In this document: positions 16,801 to 23,591 of the stretch, one piece after another
How the letters are laid out: each line of letters starts with the position of its first letter
Numbering within the stretch: position 1 is the stretch's first letter
From: Candidatus Nitrosothermus koennekii
GTDB lineage: Archaea > Thermoproteota > Nitrososphaeria > Nitrososphaerales > Nitrosocaldaceae
DNA length: 24,000 nucleotides
Assembly: GCA_013538715.1 (NCBI GenBank)
Contig: JACAFH010000003.1
Location: 35,478 to 59,477, forward strand
Reading direction: 5' to 3'
The notes under the pieces: generated by a model
The model's input: only the letters and a program-made list of their open reading frames with translations
What the model was told of the DNA's origin: nothing
The model's database searches: none
Made by a program: the position numbers and the translations under genes

Positions 16801-17358
16801 GGATATAAGGGCATATCTACTAGAAGGAATCAATTAGAAGAAGAGAGGAATTCCATAGTACGATTCATAGAAGATATAGATAAAGAGAAAAGGAAGATAT
16901 TCATGGAGTCATTTGAGAAAGTCGATAAAGATATTAGATATATTTTCTCTACAATGACAGATAATCTAGGTTCAGCATGGCTAGAGGTAGAGGATACAGA
17001 TAATATATTTGAGAGTGGACTCTCATTAATGATCCAATTCCCTAATAAACCTGCAAGAGAGAGTACATCTCTAAGTGGGGGTGAGAAGACTATTGCTGCT
17101 ATAACATTCTTGTTGGCATTACAATCTTTAAGATCTTCTCCTTACTATCTATTTGATGAGGTAGATGCACACCTAGATGCACAGAATACTGAGAGATTAT
17201 TAAAGATATTAATAGAAAAATCTAAAGTTAGTCAGATGATCATAGTTACTTTAAAGGATATGATAGCATCTCATGCAAATCTAGTATATGGTGTATATGC
17301 TAAGAATGGTGTTTCTAATATAATCAAGTATAAGAGCAATATAGAAGTTACTGTATAG
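13882..17358 (+). CDS. smc: SMC chromosome segregation ATPase
   Basis: About 1158 aa from ATG 13882 (the track uses TTG at 13873). Walker A is GPNGSGKSN. Long coiled coils flank a hinge (GLVRELINYDEYYAKAVIAAI...IVV...IRVIPLD). The ABC signature is LSGGEKT and Walker B is YLFDEVDAHLD. Confidence 0.9.
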   Translation: MVHIKKVEIYGFKSFGFTNKVINLEKGMMCITGPNGSGKSNILDAIAFALGENSPKSLRVDKLHSLFHDDNNEQKRKNIRVSVTFDNSDRVIPVDANSVTITREMPFDGDSIYYLNGKHVSKSTITDLLDVALATPNRLNNVQQGMIMRIAELNSEERRKILEDIIGLSYFDKKKEEALKQLDDADRKLEVALARMSEIRKRIDELEVERNNQIRFYYLEKEIKRLNAIKLSRMLKESKQKSIELEKIIEDKSIEYSLHTKEAEEIKIQLSQLEEARNNIMKDVDMMTKNKTELSSKISSLIMRSEQLKSMKTASEQRIKSIGSTISSLIKEEIEIEKRVKRLEIELGELESETKLLNMDKGSIAEKIKELNDKLGILNKRLIELSEDEDRLSKVFKEKEVIISKLQSELTSERERLKIIIENMELNIKRLDTLREQISRIEPLIAELESIKIKNDSKIKNMKEEIVRLEELRDMLVKYTDDARGILDYASKISAKYDAKISVAKDDEYYAAMLKKDSRVIGLVRELINYDEYYAKAVIAAIREWINGIVVRTVSDAIAIIEKAKSLNIPKIRVIPLDILERLEFKKSDKHLSMFVKSDYTNLTDFLLDYYLVNSPYDARRLAQEGYNVVTLEGQVFNANLSSLRLENVTLKDITKIMILTDSLEVLKEEMARLDNLYFIKKDQLKRIEEKIVEYNKEVINTQSILTDTNIQLENLKREEGRCKESYTNLMRKIEEQKVIRGALEKEIILKEEKIANLTKEKEDLRRELERIDKKSIVDEININNIKKRELISALEEKENSIRKILTDLSAKKAEYSNSTRRLDDIKRELERIKRDARERRSISIDADKELAKLEKELRDARELEQKMINTSSNSISLLKEYDIKIKELIDKEKKITKHLATIEKDLSINMKERNYLNTSIERISSELSNIGYKEVDEVIDVEDILKELTKEYDEIKHTINQLADKSYKQLIEGYKGISTRRNQLEEERNSIVRFIEDIDKEKRKIFMESFEKVDKDIRYIFSTMTDNLGSAWLEVEDTDNIFESGLSLMIQFPNKPARESTSLSGGEKTIAAITFLLALQSLRSSPYYLFDEVDAHLDAQNTERLLKILIEKSKVSQMIIVTLKDMIASHANLVYGVYAKNGVSNIIKYKSNIEVTV

Positions 17359-17366
17359 TCATAAAG

Positions 17367-17386
17367 ATTAAATTGAATTAAATTGA
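17367..17386. repeat. Perfect tandem duplication 2 x ATTAAATTGA in the smc-atpF spacer
   Basis: Read directly: gATTAAATTGAATTAAATTGAtgg, ending 10 nt before the atpF ATG (17397). It may supply TATA-like elements, but its function is unknown. Confidence 0.9.
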
Positions 17387-17396
17387 TGGTGTAACT

Positions 17397-17693
17397 ATGC
17401 GTATAGTTGTAGTAGGTAGTAGAGTATTTGTAACTAGCTTTCAATTAGCTGGTATGCAAGGAGTAATAGTAGAATCTCCTATGGATGCTATAACTCATAT
17501 CAAGAGGTTGGTTAATGATAAAGATAATGGGCTGATCTTGATAAGTGATGATATATCTAAAAGTATGAGAAAAGAACTTGCAGAGCTGAGAACCAAAAAA
17601 CCCGTTCCTTTGATATTTGAATTACCATCACCTGGAAGTAAGAAAGAGAGTGTAGATTACAGAGCGTTACTTAAACAGATATTAGGTGTTTAG
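17397..17693 (+). CDS. atpF: A/V-type ATP synthase subunit F
   Basis: 98 aa. MRIVVVGSRVFVTSFQLAGM...GLILISDDIS...PLIFELP is collinear with archaeal AtpF (MKIVV.GD...V.GF.LAG......GI.LIT...A......P.I..IP). Confidence 0.85.
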   Translation: MRIVVVGSRVFVTSFQLAGMQGVIVESPMDAITHIKRLVNDKDNGLILISDDISKSMRKELAELRTKKPVPLIFELPSPGSKKESVDYRALLKQILGV

Positions 17694-17762
17694 CTTCTAT
17701 TACTGTATATGAATTTTATACTTTAGATCTATGCATAATCGAGATATATATGATCTTATAAG

Positions 17763-18998
17763 TTAATCTAATTCATTTTCTATCTTTTCTATACTATCTA
17801 CTAATATAGGTAAGAATGCCCCTACATCAGAAACTATACCAATTGCTTGCCATGTACCTCTATCCAAAAGTTTAGTAACCATTGCTTGGTTTATATCTAC
17901 TACAACGACCTTAACATTAGCATTAAGCATATTACCAACAGCTATAGAATGTAACATAGTACTTATCATTAGAACCATATCTACTCCTTTAAGTAACTCT
18001 CTGTGCCTCTTTTGTGCTTCCACAATATCAGTTATGACATCTGGAATTGGTCCATCATCTCTTAACGAAGCGGCAAGTAAAAATGGAACGTTATTCTTTA
18101 TACACTCATACATTATACCTTTAGTTAATTTACCTTGCTTTACTAGATTCTCTATAGAACCTGCCTTAAATACCTCATTTATTGCTCGCATATGATTTCT
18201 ATGACCTCTAACTGCTAACGTTCCGTCGTTAACATTCATACCCAATGAAGTTCCAAATAGAGCATACTCTATATCATGAACGGCTAAAGCGTTACCAGCC
18301 ATTAAACAATAAACATAACCTTTCCTTATCAGTTTCGCAAAGGCATCAGATACTCCAGTATGAACCGCAGCAGGACCTGCAACTATAGCTATCTTCCCGC
18401 CTTTCTTCTTTATATTATACATATCTTTAGCAATCTTTCTTATGATATGTATTGTAGGTCTCTCACTAGAAGCACTACTACTCATAAATTGAAATACATC
18501 TACCCCTTCTCTTGGTCTTTCTGGTGGCACAACCTTAACACCTTTCTCTCCAACTACTATTAGATCTCCCATCTTAACATCTCTAATAGGCTTGCAATAT
18601 GCTCTATCTGAATTAGGATCATATACTATGCATTTATCCATCATTATGTCTTCTACCTCTATCCATCTATTATTATGATAAATATACGTCCTATTATTTG
18701 TCGTGCTATAAAAGTCATCTGGCATAGTCATATCCTTCTCTGCTCTCTCTAACATAACCTCTTCAATTTTCACTGGCGATGCTCCTTCTCTATATACTTC
18801 TTCTAATATACTATCTAATTTCTCTTGGCTATCTGCTTTTACTATTAATCTAGCATAACTAAATTCATCCTTAGCCTTACCAATCTTAAAATCTAATACA
18901 GTGAATTCCCCATTTAAATCCATTATAGTATCAAATATCCTTGTTAAGATCATAGAATCTATAAGATGACCGTGAACCTCTATCTCTTGTTCGAACAT
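17763..18998 (-). CDS. TIGR00300-type protein (LOR/SDH N-terminal domain; ornithine cyclodeaminase-like archaeal enzyme family)
   Basis: 411 aa. The N-terminus EIEVHGHLIDSMILTRIFDTIMDLNGEFTVLDFKIGK matches the LOR/SDH conserved domain as I recall it. The C-terminal part is Rossmann-like (GGKIAIVAGPAAVHTG). The exact activity is not determinable here. Confidence 0.65.
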   Translation of the reverse strand: MFEQEIEVHGHLIDSMILTRIFDTIMDLNGEFTVLDFKIGKAKDEFSYARLIVKADSQEKLDSILEEVYREGASPVKIEEVMLERAEKDMTMPDDFYSTTNNRTYIYHNNRWIEVEDIMMDKCIVYDPNSDRAYCKPIRDVKMGDLIVVGEKGVKVVPPERPREGVDVFQFMSSSASSERPTIHIIRKIAKDMYNIKKKGGKIAIVAGPAAVHTGVSDAFAKLIRKGYVYCLMAGNALAVHDIEYALFGTSLGMNVNDGTLAVRGHRNHMRAINEVFKAGSIENLVKQGKLTKGIMYECIKNNVPFLLAASLRDDGPIPDVITDIVEAQKRHRELLKGVDMVLMISTMLHSIAVGNMLNANVKVVVVDINQAMVTKLLDRGTWQAIGIVSDVGAFLPILVDSIEKIENELD

Positions 18999-19020
18999 AT
19001 AATTCTTATTATAGAAAATA

Positions 19021-19683
19021 TTAATATTCTTTTTGACGTTTTATCAAAGATATTACACCCATTATAACGCCAGCAGCTCCTAGGCTTATGCCAAGTATAC
19101 CAAAGTTATATACTCTATCAAAATCACTTTGCATAGTGTTAAGTGCAGCAAGTGTATCTTGTGCTATCTTGTTTGATTCTTCAGTCTTTCTCACCGCTTG
19201 ATCTATGTTTAATTGAAGCTGGTTTAATGAAGATTGTAATTGTGATGTTATCATCTCTACTTCTTGAGAACTTGTTGTTTCAGGAAAATTTAACCTACTC
19301 TTATCTTCTACATCCTCAATAGGAAAGATTGCATCTATAGGCTTACCGTCAATAGAACCTTTAAGAATAACGCTATAACTTCCAGTTCTAGTTGGAATTA
19401 TCTCAGCACCATATTCACCTAATTTATCTAATGGTTTTAGTTCTAGTTCTTTTGTAATTCCCCCATATCTTAGAGTTATCTGTAGATCAGTAGGTTCTAT
19501 TACGAATGGTTTGTCATTCTTTGTAAATTTAAAATATACATGATTAAATTCGTTAACTAATGGAGGTTCGTCTACCCAACCTATACTCACAGTTATATCC
19601 TCAGCTTGTAGATCTGTATGAGCGTATGCACTACTTATCATTAATATAGATGCTATTATTATAATAGATATTATTCTTAACAT
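19021..19683 (-). CDS. Secreted, C-terminally membrane-anchored protein (beta-sandwich-like domain + coiled coil)
   Basis: 220 aa. The signal peptide MLRIISIIIIASILMISSAYA has an AxA site directly followed by His. A ~110-aa beta-rich domain comes next, then a Q/S/L-rich helical segment. The C-terminal TM segment is FGILGISLGAAGVIMGVISLI followed by KRQKEY. Confidence 0.65.
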   Translation of the reverse strand: MLRIISIIIIASILMISSAYAHTDLQAEDITVSIGWVDEPPLVNEFNHVYFKFTKNDKPFVIEPTDLQITLRYGGITKELELKPLDKLGEYGAEIIPTRTGSYSVILKGSIDGKPIDAIFPIEDVEDKSRLNFPETTSSQEVEMITSQLQSSLNQLQLNIDQAVRKTEESNKIAQDTLAALNTMQSDFDRVYNFGILGISLGAAGVIMGVISLIKRQKEY

Positions 19684-20672
19684 GAATTAACTCTTCTTTT
19701 TTATCTATATTAGTATTTTGGTACATTGATGAAAGTGTATAAAATACATTCCAAATAATGCTACTAATTAATGTTGTTTAGTCCTAAAATATATTACTGA
19801 AAATATGATAAGATGTTACTATCGGAGATAATGATAAGAATATGAGGAAGATTAGACAATATATTTATAATGCAATAAGAATAATCCATCCTACTATACC
19901 AGCACCTAGTGTGCCTAATCTAGTTCTATTATATAGAAAAAGATGCTAAATACACCAACAAGATACAGAATAATATCAATAAAAAGTAAAAATTTGATAA
20001 TAGAATATCGTAAATCTCACTTAATAGAAAGAGCATACCGCTAGAGCTATATATTCAATCTGATGAACCATCTTTTTATATTAATAATATTCTCAAATCT
20101 TGAGTAGGATAAGATCTTGCACATATATCTTCAATTAATTCATGTTTAATACTATTAACGGTCTAGTAATTGATGTGCTAATGGGAGGTTAATATCAATT
20201 GTGGGCATAATATAATAGGCAATCCCTCTACTAAATATCTCAATATCTAGAAAGACGCACCATCCTCTCCTACTATCATCAATGCGTTAAATAAACTTTA
20301 CAAGATGAACTCTTTAATATATCCCCGACTTTTATGACTCAAACCTCCTAGATAAATTATACCTTTACATTTGATTCATTAGTCACGTGCAAAATTTTAT
20401 GCTGCTATCTTATCTTTGCAAATCTATTCCACTCTTTCCTTCCATAGAATGGATTGATAAAATGCTATATCTACACCATTCATTAAGTAGGTCATCATAA
20501 TTAGTAGCATGTCATTTCTTTCACCTAATACACCTTTTAATGAATCTGGTCTACAAGTAATACATATTTATAATTAATCAATCGATTTACGAGATTTCTA
20601 TCTACGAATCCACTTCAGCTACTAATTTTCTTATTATTCATACACATTAAATATTTACAATTAGAATTATTA
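19684..20672. other. 989-bp ORF-free region (largest non-coding gap in the window), nature unknown
   Basis: The supplied track has no ORF of 60 aa or more on either strand here. The longest stop-free stretch I found by hand is 47 codons (minus strand, 20567-20427). C exceeds G about 2:1 on the + strand, as in neighbouring minus-strand genes. Confidence 0.7.
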
Positions 20673-21182
20673 TTACTTGATATCTTTCTTATGAGTAGCG
20701 CCAAACTCGTTTATATCAATGACATATTCTCCCTTATAATTAGGTTTTATAGATAATTGATCTGGTGTATAGATTAGATGTTCTTTTGTATATGCTGATA
20801 ATTCATAATCATCAGTCATGAATAGTGCATAAAATGGACATGCGTCTACGCATAAACCGCAGAATACACACTTACCATAATCTATCTGTGGCATTATACC
20901 TTTCTTATTTTGCTTATATTCTTTGTCTATCTTTACCATTGATATTGCTTCTGCTATACCTTCACACATTATAGAACATAACTGACATCCAGTACATTTA
21001 TCGTGAAACAATATATGCCTGCCTCTATAACCTGCTATTCCTACACCCTCCTTTGGATCGAATTGATATCCATCCCCTACAAATTTGAGTTTCTGCTCTG
21101 GATAGAAGAGAGTAAATCTCTTAATTAAAACATGTTTACTACCTGCTTCTAATGCTTTAAACATACCTTCTATTGAACTCAT
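20673..21182 (-). CDS. nuoI: NADH:quinone oxidoreductase subunit I (2x[4Fe-4S] ferredoxin subunit)
   Basis: 169 aa with two cluster motifs, CTGCQLCSIMC and CVFCGLCVDACP. It sits immediately downstream of nuoH. Confidence 0.9.
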   Translation of the reverse strand: MSSIEGMFKALEAGSKHVLIKRFTLFYPEQKLKFVGDGYQFDPKEGVGIAGYRGRHILFHDKCTGCQLCSIMCEGIAEAISMVKIDKEYKQNKKGIMPQIDYGKCVFCGLCVDACPFYALFMTDDYELSAYTKEHLIYTPDQLSIKPNYKGEYVIDINEFGATHKKDIK

Positions 21183-21188
21183 ATCCTA

Positions 21189-22442
21189 TTATACTACTCC
21201 TGTATATATTAATGCTACAGCTATGAATATATTTATGAATGAGATTGCTATTAATTTAGCCCAACCAGTTCTTAATAGTATATCCATTCTTATTCTAGGA
21301 TTTATTCCTCTTGGTAGTATCATTAGAACTGCTACACCAAATGTCTTTATACTAAACCATAGAAATGAACTAAGCTCTTCACCACTAAATACTAGAGAGT
21401 CAAAGATGTATATACTATCAAATATAGTGGGACCGCTCCATCCTCCCATAAAAAGAGTAACAAATATGGCAGCTAATGCGTATAATTTAACATAATTTGC
21501 TAATTGTATCAAACCATATGCCATTCCAGAATACTCTGTTAACCAGCCAGCAACTATCTCACTCTCTGCCTCTGGTATATCAAATGGAATCCTCTCCAAC
21601 TCTGCTAAGGCTGTTATGAAGAATATGAATGCCCCTATTGGAAGCAAGAATAGAAACCATATATCTGATTGTGCATTAACTACTCCAGTAAGGTTTAATG
21701 TTCCTGCAAGTATGACAACACCTAGGATAGATAAGAATAATGGTATCTCATATGATACTAATTGATGCAAAGCTCTTAAGCCTCCTATGAATGGATACTT
21801 GCTATTACTAGCCCATGATCCTAGCAAAGCAGTCAATGGGAAGAATCCTAATAACGCAAATATTACAAGCAAACCTACATCTATATCTGCTACAACCCAA
21901 TTTTCTCCAACTGGTATTAGAGATACTAAACCTGCTGACGCTACTACCATTGTTACTGGAGCTGCAAGAAAGATTATCTTATCTGCTGACGCTGGTATTA
22001 TTATCTCTTTACCTATAAGTTTTAGAAGATCTGCTATGAGTTGAGGAAATCCACCAAATTGTCTTATCCACCATAATGCTTCTTTCCCTGCATAATGAGG
22101 TCCAACTCTAATCTGCATCTTTGCCAACAGCTTCCTTTCTGTAAATATTAAGAGAGTAGCAAATATAGATGCAAACCCAAATCCAGGAAATACAGCTACT
22201 TTAAAGAAATCACTCTCTAATGTTGCTCTTATTAATGGAGCACCGACTTGAGGATTAGTTATCATTGTAAGTAAGAGATATGGAGTTATCTTCATACCAG
22301 CTATCTCAGGAGGTTCGACATAGAATAAGAGTATAAAAAGAATAGGTATACCTATTAATGATACAACTGTTAATATCCAGAATGCTAGCCATAATACACT
22401 TTTAATAAAGTTTGCAAATGAGAACTCTTCTATTGTCATCAT
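21189..22442 (-). CDS. nuoH: NADH:quinone oxidoreductase subunit H (membrane subunit)
   Basis: 417 aa and polytopic. It carries the signature TERKLLAKMQIRVGP ... QLIADLLKLIGKE. Its start overlaps the nuoD stop by 4 nt. Confidence 0.9.
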   Translation of the reverse strand: MMTIEEFSFANFIKSVLWLAFWILTVVSLIGIPILFILLFYVEPPEIAGMKITPYLLLTMITNPQVGAPLIRATLESDFFKVAVFPGFGFASIFATLLIFTERKLLAKMQIRVGPHYAGKEALWWIRQFGGFPQLIADLLKLIGKEIIIPASADKIIFLAAPVTMVVASAGLVSLIPVGENWVVADIDVGLLVIFALLGFFPLTALLGSWASNSKYPFIGGLRALHQLVSYEIPLFLSILGVVILAGTLNLTGVVNAQSDIWFLFLLPIGAFIFFITALAELERIPFDIPEAESEIVAGWLTEYSGMAYGLIQLANYVKLYALAAIFVTLFMGGWSGPTIFDSIYIFDSLVFSGEELSSFLWFSIKTFGVAVLMILPRGINPRIRMDILLRTGWAKLIAISFINIFIAVALIYTGVV

Positions 22443-23590
22443 CTATCAGCCTCTACTGGCCAATAATTTAATCCCCAATATATTGCTGGCATATCTGCTA
22501 ATCTTGCGCCTATAAGGAGTTTCCTCATAGCTGGTATAGCTCTAAATGATGGAACGCTTAACTTTACTCTATATGGCTTTTGTGTGCCATCGCTAATTAC
22601 ATAATATGCGAGTTCCCCTCTACCAGCTTCTACTCTCTTAAATACTTCTCCTACCTTACCTTTGGGATTTGGAGGCAGTTTTGCTCTTACTGGACCATCA
22701 GGCATCTTCTCTAATGCTTGTAGAATTAGATCTACACTCTCATACATCTCTAGATATGGGACGTATGCTCTAGCAAAACAATCACCGTCCTTCATATATT
22801 TTACGTCAAAATTTAACTCATCATAAACATCATAAGGTTCTACTTTTCTTATATCATATGGAACATTAGAACCTCTCAATACTGGTCCAGTAACTCCTAA
22901 ATTTATGGCATCTTCTCTACTCAATATCCCTACGCCCTTTGTCCTATCTATGAATAATGGATTCTCATAAAATACCTTACTATACTCATTTAACCTATTT
23001 CTAAAGTATTTCAATTGTCTAACTGCTCTATCTTTGAATATATCAGGAAGATCGTTTCTTACACCACCTGGAACGAAATATGCATGTGTAACCCTTGCTC
23101 CTGATGCTAACTCTGCTAGATCTATCAACAATTCTCTATCAGCCATTGGCCACATAAACATTGTAGAATGTCCTAGAAATATACCATATATGCCTAACCA
23201 ATAAAGTTCAAAGATCATCTTATTTATCTCAGACATTATAACTCTGATGAATTTGGCTCTTCTTGGTGCTTCTATATTTAACAACTCTTCAATTGCTAAG
23301 CAATATGGATATAATATACTACAAGAATCTGCTATTACTGGCCTCTCAAGATGTGGAATATTTTGCATGAAATTCCTATACTCACACATCTTCTCTTCTC
23401 CTCTATGAACATATCCAGGATCGGGCTCAGCATCTACTATTATATCCCCATCAACTTTTATAATCAGTCTGAAATGACCAGAACCTGGGTGTTGAGGTCC
23501 TACACTTAATGTAAGTATACCTTTCTCTCTACTCTCTTCTACACTTAGAGAGTTAGGCAACATAGAGTTTAATCTCTCAATATCGCTCAT
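22439..23590 (-). CDS. nuoD: NADH:quinone oxidoreductase subunit D (49-kDa subunit)
   Basis: 383 aa. LSVGPQHPGSGHFRLIIKVDGDIIVDAEPDPGYVHRGEEK is the typical NuoD N-terminal signature. The C-terminus is GLNYWPVEADR. Confidence 0.9.
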   Translation of the reverse strand: MSDIERLNSMLPNSLSVEESREKGILTLSVGPQHPGSGHFRLIIKVDGDIIVDAEPDPGYVHRGEEKMCEYRNFMQNIPHLERPVIADSCSILYPYCLAIEELLNIEAPRRAKFIRVIMSEINKMIFELYWLGIYGIFLGHSTMFMWPMADRELLIDLAELASGARVTHAYFVPGGVRNDLPDIFKDRAVRQLKYFRNRLNEYSKVFYENPLFIDRTKGVGILSREDAINLGVTGPVLRGSNVPYDIRKVEPYDVYDELNFDVKYMKDGDCFARAYVPYLEMYESVDLILQALEKMPDGPVRAKLPPNPKGKVGEVFKRVEAGRGELAYYVISDGTQKPYRVKLSVPSFRAIPAMRKLLIGARLADMPAIYWGLNYWPVEADR

Positions 23591-23591
23591 A

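Noticed and set aside
19726-19800. Possible C/D-box sRNA (TTGATGA at 19726-19732 and CTGA at 19797-19800)
   Set aside because: The C box is non-canonical (U instead of R at the first position). The spacing of about 70 nt is long for archaeal C/D sRNAs. I could not find internal D'/C' boxes or terminal complementarity.
19842-19949. 35-aa + strand ORF (MRKIRQYIYNAIRIIHPTIPAPSVPNLVLLYRKRC) in the gap
   Set aside because: It is too short, has no recognisable motif or ribosome-binding or promoter context, and lies on the strand whose composition looks antisense.
19865-20071. 69-codon hydrophobic minus-strand frame (MVHQIEYIALAVCSFY*VRFTIFYYQIFTFY*YYSVSCWCI*HLFLYNRTRLGTLGAGIVGWIILIAL*) as a recoded gene or membrane-protein pseudogene
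   Set aside because: It contains three different in-frame stops (TAA, TGA, TAG) at about the spacing expected for random AT-rich DNA. Recoding is therefore implausible, and pseudogene status cannot be supported from this alone.
20430-20460. Replication-origin idea for the 1-kb gap (dyad TCCAT-AGA-ATGGA at about 20442-20454 resembling an ORB core)
   Set aside because: It is a single short dyad with no repeated ORB-like boxes. There is no adjacent orc1/cdc6 gene and no distinct AT-rich unwinding element relative to the already AT-rich background.
18360-22044. Shadow ORFs 18360..18563, 21223..21495, 21787..22044 and 21815..22018
   Set aside because: They are embedded antisense in the TIGR00300-type gene and in nuoH. 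They have no independent support.
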